Positions 11,401 through 22,539 of a stretch of 29,361 nt of DNA are shown in pieces. The position numbers and the translations under genes were made by a program. The DNA is taken from NCBI GenBank assembly GCA_964637175.1, contig CAZWTC010000002.1:1-29361 (forward strand). The letters run 5' to 3'. How positions within the stretch are numbered: position 1 is the stretch's first letter; each line of letters begins with the position of its first letter. This stretch comes from an uncultured Candidatus Peribacteria bacterium. Lineage in GTDB: Bacteria > Patescibacteriota > Gracilibacteria > Absconditabacterales > Absconditicoccaceae. Under the pieces are notes generated by a model that worked only from the letters and a program-made list of their open reading frames with translations, was not told the origin of the DNA and made no database searches.

Positions 11401-13333
11401 AGAACGCTTTTCAGATATCCAAGAAAGATTGAACAAATATCGTATTCAATATCTTTCAAATATCAAAACCGGATCAGGTATTGGTTTTTTCTATCTCATT
11501 GATATCTTCCATAAACTTCGCTTTTTTTTCAAAATACACTTCTGTTTGTGTTTTTAGTTCTTGCAAATCTTGCTTAGTAAATGTGTTGTTTTTCAGCTTA
11601 ACGATATATGACTGCAAAGTTACTTTAAGGGTATCCATCCAGCTATCCAATCACATCTTTTCCATATAGCTTTTTGCCAAATCCGTATTTCATGCAAAAA
11701 GATCCGTAAGGAGATGCGTATATGCTCAAACGAATCACAAGGTATCTTCCTTGCCGAACAAATCATCTCCTAATTTTTCACAAACTTCGCTTAATTCATC
11801 CCTCCTATCTTCGTCCAATGATCAATCCAAAAAATCCGTTTCAGCTCTTGTCAGTGCTGATTCACCATCATCGTCTATATTCAGGATGTCTTTTTTATCG
11901 TCAAGGACTTTTTCTTTGATATCTTTCGTATCTTTTGACACATCTTTTATTTCGATAGCATAGGTTTTCAGCAATGCAGGAATATCAGCTATGGTAGTAT
12001 TTTTCAATTGTTCATCACACCATGTTTCATTTTTCAACAATTTTTCTATCAGATCTTTTTGATCTGATGTGGGTTCTCTGGATATATTTGCGATTCACAT
12101 CACTTTTTCTTTGGCTTTCTTTTCAAGAATGAGTTCTTTCTTATTGGTCACATATGATAAAATATTCATATACTCTTGATAAAACGAAGAAAGGATCTTT
12201 TTACGCTCTTCTGGTTTTCATCACTTCAGCCGTTCATTCACTGCTTCTACTGGATTGGATATGAGTTTTGAACCAAATGGCTTGAATGATGCAATATTGG
12301 AAAGGAATCCTCAAAATACATCATAAAAATTCGATTTTGTCCAGTTTCCTATCTTAGCGAATATTCCGTCCTTGGTATCTCATTCAATGTAATCCAAAGT
12401 TCCAACCTTATTGAACTGGGAAAGATTGCCTATTTTCTTATCCAAATCAAAAAGTATTTCTCATTTTTTATGTTGATCATCCATATCTTCTTCAGCAAAT
12501 CCAACTGCTGAAGAACCGGAAAAATTATCAATATCAGCAGATACGGTATAATACTTATCTTTCATCTCTTCCGTAAGATCTTCGAAATCTCCGTAAGGAT
12601 TGTTTTCCGGCGGTTTCTTTTCTCCTGGTCAGAATAATCCACTGAACCGATCTTTTATCTTATCTCGGTTTTTCCATGCTAAGATTCCACCAGCTCCTAG
12701 CCCAGCACCGATCAAAAGTTTTTTCCAAAAAGACATTTTCTCTTTATGTCCTCATTCTTTATCTCAGTCCTCGCCTTCATTTTTCTTTTTTTTCTTGAAC
12801 CATCCTGATATCCATCCGATTAATAGCGTCGTTCAAAGGACAATACCTCCAGTTGCTATTGGATGCTCTTTTATCCATTCCCACGATTTACTTCATCCAT
12901 TTTTTATCTTTTCCCAAAAAGTTGGCTTGGTCACTTCAATGGTTTTCAAATCATTTTCATAGGTAAGCAATAATGTTTCCTCTTTTTTCTTCTGGGTTTC
13001 AAAAACCGTCTTGGTCGTCTCATCCAAATTTTCTAACTTAAGATCTATCCGATCTTTTCTGATTTTTTCTATCAAGGTCTGTGTCTCTATTTTTTTTGCC
13101 TCTATGGCTATTTTTTTTGTTTCTATATCTTTTTCTTTTGTCGTTAACGTTTCCTTATCCAGAGTTTTTTTTGATTTATCGAAATCTTCTACTTCTGTCT
13201 TGAGCGTCGCTACTGAAGTTTTTATTTCAACAATATTTGCTTCAATCTTTTTGAGAGTTTCAGCATTATTCTTTGTATCTTCAGCCATTGGAGGATTATC
13301 TAATTGCTCAATAGTTTTATCTTGTGTTGCCAT
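8423..13333 (-). CDS. Giant hypothetical protein (1636 aa) with an N-terminal coiled coil and several Gly-rich hydrophobic segments
   Basis: ORF fragments 12893, 11822, 10802, 10082, 9290 and 8981 share one frame and are separated by TGA codons; stop TAA at 8423-8425. Confidence 0.85.
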
Positions 13334-13392
13334 GAGTTCATAAATATGTGTAAAATGTACATTTAAGTATATCCGGAATTGCTCTTTTTTAC

Positions 13393-13425
13393 AAAAAAAA
13401 GCCTTCCTGATCGGCAGGAAGACTT
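13393..13425 (-). terminator. Intrinsic terminator downstream of sufS
   Basis: Minus strand reads GTCTTCCTG-CCGAT-CAGGAAGGC followed by T8. Confidence 0.8.
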
Positions 13426-13449
13426 GACATATTTACTATATATATTTTG

Positions 13450-14661
13450 CTATGCTATCTTAGCGAGAACTTCGAAGAATTTGCCGATATCGGCCTCGTC
13501 GTTGTAGATATATGCGCTCATCCTGCAGGTTCATGATTTTTTGAAGCGTTTATGAAGCGGATAGGCGCAGTGACCGCCGCAACGGATTGCGATATTATGT
13601 TCAGCGAATATTTCGCCGATATGGTTGAAATTCGTCGTTTTGGAAAGCGTAAATGAAAAAACAGCCACCCTATCTTGAGTTGTCAGTGGTCAAATAATTT
13701 CTATGGAAGAATTATCCCTTGTATCTCGTCCCTTTTCCCTAAGCTTGTTGATGAAATAATGAACAAGCGCTTGTTCATGTTCCCGGATTTTTTCCATACC
13801 GCCAATCGACTTGATATATTCCAATGCTTTCAAAAGACTTACCGCACCTATGATATTCGGCGTTCCTGCTTCGAATTTTTCAGCAGTAGCGAGCAATGAA
13901 TGTCACTGAGTGCTTACATCTTCGATAGTCCCTCCGCCGCGGATGATAGGAACGAGTTTTTTGATCCATTCCTTTTTCAGATATATGATTCAGATCCCTG
14001 TATATGCCATCATCTTATGTCCCGTGAATACCAAGCAATCACACCCGATATCCTGCACGTCGACGGGAAAATTCGGAACCGATTGCGAACCGTCCACGAG
14101 AAAGAATGTATCATCGCGAAGTTTGGATTTTATCTTTTTCACGTCATAGATTTTTCCCGTGACATTTGAGACCTGAGCCACAGAAACCACTTTCACCTTA
14201 TCACTATATTTCTGATCAAAATCATTCCGATCGATCTCATATTCTTCGTTGATATTGAAAAATTCTATAGTGAATCCTTTTCTTTCTGCGAGAATCTGCC
14301 ATGGCAAGATATTAGCATGATGCTCCCGGATTCAGAGAAGCACCGTATCTCCAGTGTGCAAGACATCGCTAATGACTAATGATTGAGCGATCATATTTAT
14401 TCAATAGGTAGAATTGTAGGTATATATGATTTCGCTCGCTTTGCAGCCGATTAATTCTCCGACCAGCTCTTTGGAATGATGATACAGCTCTTCAGATCTT
14501 TCAGAAAGCGGATACATCCCTCTGTGGATATTCGCGTAGGAGGAAGCTACGAACTCAGAAACGCCGTCGATGACGTATTGCGGCTTCTGTGTCGAAGCTG
14601 CATTGTCCAAGAAAACGAGTCATGGATTGTTCCTGAAGATAGGAAAATCGTTTTTTAACAT
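13450..14661 (-). CDS. sufS: SufS-type cysteine desulfurase (class V PLP enzyme)
   Basis: 'DFPIF..VFLDNAASTQKP', 'YANIHRG', 'EHHAN', 'VDGSQS', 'FTGHKM', 'KFEAGTPNI' and 'IRCGGHCAYP'. Confidence 0.93.
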
Positions 14662-14689
14662 GATCATGTAATGATGTAACTAAAATCTA

Positions 14690-14767
14690 TGAAAAGATGC
14701 AAAGGTGGAAACATGGAAAGATGAACTTTTCAATATTTTAATTTTTCAATATTTCAATCTTTCAATA
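14690..14767. repeat. Self-complementary octamer arrays (TGGAAAGA-like x4 followed by TTTCAATA-like x5)
   Basis: Read directly in the guaD-sufS intergenic gap. Confidence 0.75.
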
Positions 14768-14768
14768 T

Positions 14769-15236
14769 TTAGTAGTCGATTTTGTCCTGTTTCTCTGTCC
14801 ATGCTCTGAACACTGCCAACGCCTCATCATGGAGCAATTGCTCTACAGGGATATTCCTCTGCGTCAGCTCTTTTTTGATATCTTCCTGGAATACGCTATC
14901 ATCGAATCCTATATCAGCAGCATCTTTTCCTGTGTTTGCATAATACATCTTTTTGAGCCTTGCTCGCGAAATCGCTCCGTAGCACATCGGACATGGCTCG
15001 CATGACGTATAGATTTCACAATCGTGCAGATCGAAAGTTCATAGATTTTTGCAGGCGGCACGGATAGCGACCACTTCTCCATGCGCGGTAGGATCATTGG
15101 TCGATGTCACCTGATTCCATCCTCTGCCGACGATTTTCCCGTCCTTTACAATGACTGCGCCAAACGGTCATCACGCATTCTTCTGCATATTTTCGAGCGA
15201 TAGCTTGATCGCCTCTCTCATGAATTCTTCGTTCAT
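14769..15236 (-). CDS. guaD: Guanine/nucleoside deaminase (GuaD-type, cytidine deaminase fold)
   Basis: 'GGPFGAVIVKDG..NDPTAHGEVVAIR..YTSCEPCPMCYGAISWAR..AADIGFDD'. Confidence 0.9.
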
Positions 15237-15241
15237 ATTCT

Positions 15242-15357
15242 ACGACTAAACGATAAAACGCCAAAGCGATGAAACGATATTTGATACAAGATACAAGACA
15301 CATGATATATGAACTATTTAGTTGTATCGTTCTTGAATCTTGAATCCAGCATCTCAT
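15242..15357. repeat. Octamer array (AAACGATA-like) followed by heptamer arrays (GATACAA-like) and roughly complementary TCTTGAA-like units
   Basis: Read directly in the intergenic gap. Confidence 0.7.
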
Positions 15358-15362
15358 AATAT

Positions 15363-16205
15363 TTAGAATCTTCTTACAATCACCTTATCCTTTTCCAAGC
15401 TTCCAAGATCGATGTCTTTGAGCTGAGCGTAGTCTTTATAATATTTTTTGAGCAACTGGTAATTCCTTATCTGATTTGGGATGTCGCCGAGATTATTGAT
15501 ATAAATCTTTTTGTTATCTATATAGACGATGGATCTTTCTCCTCATGGCAGATATTCGATATGATGAAGCCCGGGGAATCATTGATAGAGAAGCTCTGTC
15601 TGCTGGACCAATCCTGTCGCTGATTGCCTGTAAAAAAGTCAGGAAAGCGATGTCATCCCGCTGAGATATTGAGGCAGATCGAGGATCTTGATCCCGTTTG
15701 ATATCTTGTTTCAAGAATAGATCGGCAATAATGTACTTCCGACAAGGGCGAATCTGATGTCCTGATTTCTGATCACCATATCTATCGGCGTAAAGGTCAT
15801 TTTCACAAAGACCGTATTGGACGAGCGATAGTCGATGCCGATGTCTGATATCATAGGATATTGCGCATGGATATCGTTCAGGACCCTGGATTTGTACAGC
15901 TTCACGACGTAATAATTTTCTCCTTTGATCCGCGTATTTATGCGTTTGTAGAGATAAGGATCATCATACCGAGCGATATCTCAGGAATCATAGAGCACTC
16001 TTTTGATGGTATATTGGTGGTTGAAAACGGTATTTTTGAGCAAAAGGAATCATCAGTAAATAAGCGCGAATATGATAAAAATGATCCGGATTATCTTTAC
16101 AGAAAAAAAACGAAATCAGACTTTCACTTTCTTTTTGTCTGAATCGATAGGGACATAATGTCTTTTTATTTTTTTGACTGGTCTGGAAACCACAAATTTT
16201 ATCAT
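15363..16205 (-). CDS. Single-pass membrane protein, FtsQ/DivIB-like
   Basis: Basic N-terminus, one TM helix, a POTRA-like segment 'DIHAQYPMISDIGIDYRSSNTVFVKM' and C-terminal 'KDIDLG'. The CDS is secure; the function is inferred. Confidence 0.55.
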
Positions 16206-16359
16206 ACTGACTATATAACGATAAACTGATTTGCTGACGGGAATAGATTACATATCACGAAATTTCTAATTTCTAATTTTCAATTTATAAACACCAACAA
16301 CAACCTTAGCTTATTTTTGTCGCGAAGCATTGGTCAATTTTTGTCGCGAGCGAAGCGAG

Positions 16360-16851
16360 CTATTTAATGAAATACATATAGTAAAAAATGAATGTCAAAA
16401 TAGAGCCGAAAACTATTCATCAAGCCACTTCTACGGGAGTATGTCAGATCCTTTCCTTGAGCAATCATTTCTCTTTTTTCTGGAGAATCGATCCCAATTC
16501 CAATCTCAAATCGTTGATATAATGCGCATGCTGACCTGTTTCGTATCTGAGATTCATCGCATCGTACGCGAATAATACGCTGAAAGCGAAGGCTGTTGCG
16601 AACATCACGCTGCCGAACCCATATTGCAATCGCACCAGCATCGTCACGCTGCTCGCCAATCCGCTATGAAATGACGGGAAACCTCCTGAAGCGAAGATAT
16701 GCCCTACATAAAAACGCTTATATCTTATCAGATCTATGATCACTTTCACTACTTGGATGATGCAACCGACGATGACAACGATAAAAATCGGCTCCATGTG
16801 GAACCCTTGGGCAAAAAAGTTTCTGAACGCGTCGATTACGTACTGCACCAT
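16360..16851 (-). CDS. Divergent PAP2 family (DUF212/YuiD-like) membrane protein
   Basis: 'SGGFPSFHS', 'YDAMNLRYETGQHA' and 'LKERIGHTPVEVAGG'. Confidence 0.9.
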
Positions 16852-16930
16852 GAAAAATATACGACATAAACTAAATCATTCTGTGTGTATTGAAAATGCA
16901 GCAAAATTCAAATACAAATAGGGTAAAAAA

Positions 16931-16970
16931 AATAGACGGATTGGATGGATTAGAGCCTATCCCGTCTATT
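16931..16970. repeat. ~35-bp palindromic repeat, copy 1 (terminator-like)
   Basis: AATAGACGG...CCGTCTATT stem flanked by A/T tracts; near-identical to 18097-18132. Confidence 0.75.
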
Positions 16971-17025
16971 AAATTTTTTTGCTATCATTCTCATATTTTC
17001 AAATTCAAATATTTTTTATCAATCT

Positions 17026-17913
17026 CTATTTTTGTTTTAAAAGACGAACAGCTCATCAATCAGAAGGATATCTGTGAGTACTGCAGATATTAAAGTTTCC
17101 GAGTAAAATAGTATCACCATTTCACAATAATAAATATTCATATTGCCCCCCTAAATAATAAGAAGTTTTTTTTAATCAGGGTCAAAACGATACAGAACCA
17201 GTATACTTGGGAAAGTTTTTTTGCATAAACATTAGATAATTCCACCCTATTATTTTTTCAAGTTCTTCCAAATCTTTTGGCATTTTATCTACCAATCATA
17301 ATTTCCTAATTGCTGCCAAATTAAATTTCTGTTCTCAATTTAAAGGATTATCTAATGGGAATGAACGAACAGCCTCCCAAACATAAGCTTTCTTTTTAGG
17401 ATTTTGTTCTCATGGAGTAATATCTTTTTGAATATAATCCGTATGATCCAAACTATGTGATTGTATTATTCATTTTCGTCAGTTTTGAAGTTTCTGTTCT
17501 ATGGACATATCTTTATCAATCTTATAATTTTCACTTTCCAGTTCTGGCAATTTTTCTGTAGACTCTCCTATAAATCCATATTCCTCTGCTATACTATCCA
17601 ATTCATATTTTTGTTGTGATTCAATTTCAGATAATTTTTCATAATGATATCTACTGTTTATTGCCATGTCTTTTTCTTTCATCGTTTCATATATTTCCAT
17701 TATTTTTTCTTTTAACTTATTCAATCAGATTTTTGCTGTCGCAGTCTCCGCTGTTTTACAGGTAGCAACAAGATCCTTGTATAAGGAATCTTTAAATATT
17801 TCAAGAGCTATTTCTTTATCCTTGACAGCAGTGTGTTCTACATTTCTAATATCTGTAGGAAATTTTTGTATTCTGGTTTTAATATTTTGATAAAAATCAG
17901 TAGAATTCATCAT
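17026..17913 (-). CDS. AT-rich hypothetical protein (295 aa)
   Basis: ORFs 17725 and 17479 join through TGA and the frame continues to TAG at 17026-17028; the protein ends 'GGAVRLLKQK'. Confidence 0.8.
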
Positions 17914-18096
17914 TTTAAATGATTAATAACTAAAATAGTTTTATATTTTATACACATATTGTCATAAAAGTCAATACATTTTAGAAAAGTTATATATCTA
18001 ATAACAATCTACTACGCTATAGATCTCATTTATCTGTGATAAGTCCCTATTGAATTAGTCTGCGAAAATGCTAATAATCAGAAAGATTAGTCTTTA

Positions 18097-18150
18097 AGAC
18101 GGATTGGATAGGATCAGAACCTATCCCGTCTAATCTATCTATCCCGTCTA
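18097..18150. repeat. ~35-bp palindromic repeat, copy 2, with a duplicated 3' arm (CTATCCCGTCTA x2)
   Basis: agacggattggataggatcagaacctatcccgtcta here versus agacggattggatggattagagcctatcccgtcta in copy 1. Confidence 0.75.
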
Positions 18151-18174
18151 TTTGTTTATGTAATCAATTCATCT

Positions 18175-18912
18175 ATGCAGCTGTTTATCACCGAATATAA
18201 AAAAAAAGATACCAGCGTCGTTATCACGGATAGCGATCTTTTGTCTCAGCTGAGAAAAGTCCTCAGAGCGAACATCGGCGACAGCATTCGGATACAAAGT
18301 CCTCACAATGAGCCTGATAAAATGAGATATGAAGTCCGCATCGATAAACGGGATACCACAACGATCACATGAACCGTCATCTTCGAGCAAAGCCAGAGAT
18401 CCGATAATGAGCAAAAAAGCATGATCATCGCTATGCCGAACAAACGGGATAAAGTGGAGCTTATCGTCCAAAAGCTGACCGAATGCGGTCTGGATCAGAT
18501 AGTATTTCGGCCGTCAGAAAGATCAGTAATCAAGGAACGAAATCCCAAAAAAGCTGAAAGACTGCAAAAAATAATCAAGGAAGCGGTGGAACAATCACGA
18601 GGACGGAGTATTCCTACGCTTGAATTCACTTCAGACATCACGAAATATATACAAAATACCCAGTTGATTGTGTTTGACAAAATAGGAGCAGGGAGCAAGG
18701 AGCAAGGAGCAATAAACCAGGAAAAATCTAAGGTCGAAGGTCTAAAGACTAAAGTCTGATTAGTAGGTCCTGAAGGCGGATTGACGCAAAAGGATTACCA
18801 GATGCTTGCATGAACCTACTATACTATCTATGGATTGGGAGATACGGTTCTGAGAACCGAAACTGCAGCGATCATCGGAGGACGGATACTAAAGAACAAT
18901 TTTAAATGCTAA
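18175..18912 (+). CDS. rsmE: 16S rRNA m3U1498 methyltransferase RsmE
   Basis: 'QLRKVLR', 'KVELIVQKLTECG', 'IIKEAVEQS', 'VGPEGGL' and 'LGDTVLRTETAAI'. Confidence 0.95.
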
Positions 18913-19058
18913 ATGTTGAATGTTAAATGAATGATGTGTCATATTATGGACTATCGTATTTTACAATAGATTATAAGCGATAGCAGACAAATCCCATTAT
19001 TTAAAACTTAACACGTAGAACTTACCATTAATATATATTTTATCATTAGTCATTTAGA

Positions 19059-20372
19059 ATGAAGCGTCTTATCAAAAAAGTAATCATGTACGACAAATTA
19101 TATTTCTTATTGAAAGATAGTTTTCTGTATCAGGTGCGGAAAAAATTCATCGGACAACTGGCGAATATCATGTACGGCTATCCGTCAAGGAATTTTTTCG
19201 TCATCGGCGTTACCGGGACAAATGGCAAGACGACTACGGTGACTCTGATCCATAAGATATTGAACGAGCACATCGCCAAGACTGTCATGGTCAGCACGGC
19301 GAATATCAAAATCGGTAATCAAGACCTAGCAAATACCAAGAAAATGACGTCGCTTGATGTCTTTGATCTGCAATCCGTTCTCGCAACAGCAAAAGATTCG
19401 TGATGCAAGATAGCTGTTCTCGAAGCATCTTCTCATGGATTGAACCAATATAGATTCGAAGGAGTGGAATTCGATTTTGCGGTGTTGACGAATATCACGC
19501 ATGATCACTTGGATTTTCATGGGACGTTTGAGCGCTACGCTAAAGCCAAAGAGAAGCTGTTCAGATATGTATTGACGAACAAGAAACAGAACAAATACGC
19601 AGCATTTCCGGCTGATGACAAGATAGGAAGACAGCGATTCGAAGATATGCCGTTTGATAAAAAGCTCAGTTATAGCATCATCGCATCATCAAGCCTCAAA
19701 GCGGACAATATCAAGATATCGCCTACAGGAACTACATTTTCATTTACTTATCTAGGCAAATCGTATGATGTGAACACGAAATTGGTCGGCGAATTCAATG
19801 TCTATAATATCTTGTCAGCGCTCAGTGTAGTGCTACAGATAGGCGTGAATATCGAGCAAGCCATCCAATCCATAGCTTCATTTGAAACGGTTTCCGGAAG
19901 GATGGAACATAGAGAGCACAAGTGAATATTCTATTTCGTGGATTTCGCACATACACCAGACGCACTGGAGAAGACCTTGGAGTATCTGAACCATATAAAA
20001 TGAACAGGAAGATTGATCACCGTATTCTGAGCACCAGGAAACAGAGATAAGACCAAAAGGCCTATCATGTGAGCGATAGCTGACCAATACAGTGATATTC
20101 TGATTGCAACCGACGATGATCCCGATACCGAGAATAGATTGGAAATCCTGCAACAATTGACGATGGAGGTAAAAAATAAGACTCAGGGAAAAAATCTTTT
20201 CATCATCCCAGAAAGATCATTGGCCATCAAGTTCGCTTGCGAAATAGCTCAAGCAGGAGATGTCGTGATGATGGCTGGAAAAGGTCATGAGACCATACAA
20301 TTGACGAATTTTGGAAAAAGGAAATGGAATGACAAGGAAGAGTTGATGAAGAATTTAGGGACGAGGGACTAG
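19059..20372 (+). CDS. murE: UDP-MurNAc-tripeptide ligase MurE (lacks the usual N-terminal domain)
   Basis: 'IGVTGTNGKTT', 'EASSHGL', 'LTNITHDHLDFHGT', 'VDFAHTPDAL', 'FGAPGNRDKTKRPIMG' and 'AGKGHE'. Confidence 0.93.
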
Positions 20373-20453
20373 GAACGAGGAACGAGGGACGTGAGCTTTT
20401 TTTGTTCGATTTCTATCGTTTCGTCGTTTCAACGTTTAGCCGTTTATTCGTTA
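20357..20453. repeat. Heptamer array (AGGGACG-like x5) overlapping the murE stop, followed by an octamer array (TCGTTT core)
   Basis: agggacg agggact aggaacg aggaacg agggacg, then repeated cgttt units. Confidence 0.75.
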
Positions 20454-20456
20454 TAT

Positions 20457-21197
20457 ATGAAAAAAAAATTCAGCATCAAACTCACGAAACCCATCGTCGG
20501 CAAACGGTTTGGTGTTTTTCAGCATATCATGAAATGATCAGGCAGCGAAAAGGTCGATATGAGGAAATATTCTGTCGGCGACAGCGCATCGCAGATCAAT
20601 CGGAAGCTTTCCGCGAAATATCAGGAGCTTTATACGAATATCTTTCAGCAGGAAAAATCGCTGAGTCTGGACATGTTTTTGGATATCAATTACAATCGGA
20701 GAGGCGGCGACATAACAAATGCAGAGCAGGTTCGCGGATATGCGGAAGATATCATTTCCTACTGTCAGCACGAACAGATCAGCATCACTTTTTTTTATCC
20801 GGAACAGAAACTTTTTGGAGCGACGGAAATAGTCCAAAAAACTACCATAAAAAACATTGATGACATAAGGAATGCCTTACATGAAATTTTAGCGAAGGTA
20901 AAAAAGACGAAAAAAATATATGAATCATCATTGCATGCATTTCTGGATAAAGCCGTCGAGAACAAACAAAGACCCGCCACGGCGGGCAGGCGCGCGATAG
21001 TGATTTTCTCCGACTTTCTCGCCATGGACAAAGAAGCTAAAAAGCTCCTTTACTACCTCAGGAAACAGCATATCCTTTTCTTGTTCCAGCTTCCTATAGA
21101 TCAGGAACAAGGACAGAATTATAGCAAGTTTTTCCTGAAAAAAAATATCTCACCGTTAAAAAATACAGGCGAGATCGAATTATTGCAAGTAGACTAA
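20457..21197 (+). CDS. DUF58 family (MoxR-associated, vWA-like) protein
   Basis: 'KGSGSEKVDMRKYSVGDSASQINWKLSAK..LYTNIFQQE' and 'IVIFSDFL'. Confidence 0.8.
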
Positions 21198-21208
21198 TTT
21201 TCAAATAT

Positions 21209-21234
21209 AAAAAAAGGAGCATAAAAATGCTCCT
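21209..21234 (-). terminator. Intrinsic terminator
   Basis: AGGAGCAT-loop-ATGCTCCT with a T tract on the minus strand. Confidence 0.7.
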
Positions 21235-21247
21235 CCAAGATATAATA

Positions 21248-21571
21248 TTACACAAAATCAATGGTTGTATGACTAGCTATGCCTAAGTGACTAGGTTGAA
21301 TAGCTTTATCATAAATAACATTCCCTTTTCCTGTAAGGATAAAAGAATTTTCTCTTATAAGACTCACTGCTGTGTTGTCCCCATCCCATGAATATGAGAT
21401 AGAATATTTTTTTCCTATCTTGATGGTTCCAACTAATTCTTTTTTTCCTTCTTTGGATAGATTTGTGGGTTTCATACCTGTCCCACTAATACTTAATTGT
21501 TTAATTTCTTTGTTTTGTAAGAAATCAAATATTTCGTTACAATTAAGTATTAATTGATTTTTTTGGTACAT
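21248..21571 (-). CDS. Hypothetical protein (107 aa), AT-rich
   Basis: Complete ORF even in the standard code; GGAGGT ribosome-binding site just upstream. Confidence 0.75.
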   Translation of the reverse strand: MYQKNQLILNCNEIFDFLQNKEIKQLSISGTGMKPTNLSKEGKKELVGTIKIGKKYSISYSWDGDNTAVSLIRENSFILTGKGNVIYDKAIQPSHLGIASHTTIDFV

Positions 21572-21595
21572 AGTTACCTCCGTTTTTTATTTGTT

Positions 21596-22063
21596 TTATA
21601 TTTTATTTTTTTGTTTTCTTCTTTCGTAAAGATACCCAATTAAGACACCAATACCTACAGAAGCAACTACTATCACTACATACCACCAATATTGGTTTGC
21701 AGCAAGGAATGTTATATGAAAGGTTACTATAAAGATTGCCAAAAAAGATATGTACAACCCTGATAACCCTTCAAATGCATTTGAAAATCCTTCTGTCGTA
21801 GCAATGAAAATTATCCCTAATATAGCTACTATAATAAATCCACTCATTACCTGTAAGAAGTTCTCTAAATTCATTCCAATAACTCCTCCTAGTACTGCAA
21901 ATGAGAAGAAAAAGACAAACCAATTCAAGCTATAACTACATCTGACATACATCCTTTTCAATGATTTTAATAGGAAGAATCCTGTGATCAAAGATATAAT
22001 TGGAAGCCATATACCTATAATTATAGGCTGATTTTCTAATAATTCTATTAATAAATTTTTCAT
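21596..22063 (-). CDS. Hypothetical multi-pass membrane protein (155 aa), AT-rich
   Basis: Complete ORF in the standard code; about 5 hydrophobic segments. Confidence 0.8.
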   Translation of the reverse strand: MKNLLIELLENQPIIIGIWLPIISLITGFFLLKSLKRMYVRCSYSLNWFVFFFSFAVLGGVIGMNLENFLQVMSGFIIVAILGIIFIATTEGFSNAFEGLSGLYISFLAIFIVTFHITFLAANQYWWYVVIVVASVGIGVLIGYLYERRKQKNKI

Positions 22064-22205
22064 ATTTTTTGTTTTTTAAGTTTTTTTTATTTGTTTTTTT
22101 GTTATATATTTTATATATATTTTATATTAAATGTCAAGTCTTTTTATAGAAAAGCTTCCAGTTAATTCTGGCTTGGAAAGCGATATGAACTATTGACAGA
22201 CTAAC

Positions 22206-22514
22206 CTATATTTTTACGCTTTGATATATTTCTCTTTTATCTAAATATAATGATAGAAGTTCTCATAATTCACTGAGTGTTTCTTTTTTTAATTTTTCTA
22301 AAACAATCTTATCAATATGTATAAGATATGACATAATATCATGCAGTTCTGCCTTAGCAAGTTCTGCATTTCGCTGTACTCCACAAACACATCTAAAACA
22401 AGAACCTTTCATGAGAGATTCTCATATTTCTTCATTACCCTTCAACTGGTCTATTTTATCTACTATTGCTAGTTCTTTTTGTTTAATTTTTTCTTCTACA
22501 ATATCATGTTCCAT
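22206..22514 (-). CDS. Hypothetical protein (102 aa) with a CxxCxC motif
   Basis: Open with TGA=Gly from ATG 22514 to TAG 22206; contains 'GSCFRCVCG'. Confidence 0.65.
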
Positions 22515-22539
22515 ACGTAGATAGATAAAAAATTAAAAA

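Noticed and set aside
8423..13333. Prophage tape-measure gene
   Set aside because: Only a short Trp-periodic motif resembles tape-measure proteins; no capsid, tail, terminase or integrase genes are nearby.
17026..17200. Diversity-generating retroelement target
   Set aside because: The C-terminus is suggestive, but no template repeat or reverse transcriptase was seen in the window.
19059..19200. Truncated murE pseudogene
   Set aside because: The catalytic motifs are intact, and short N-termini are typical of CPR MurE proteins.
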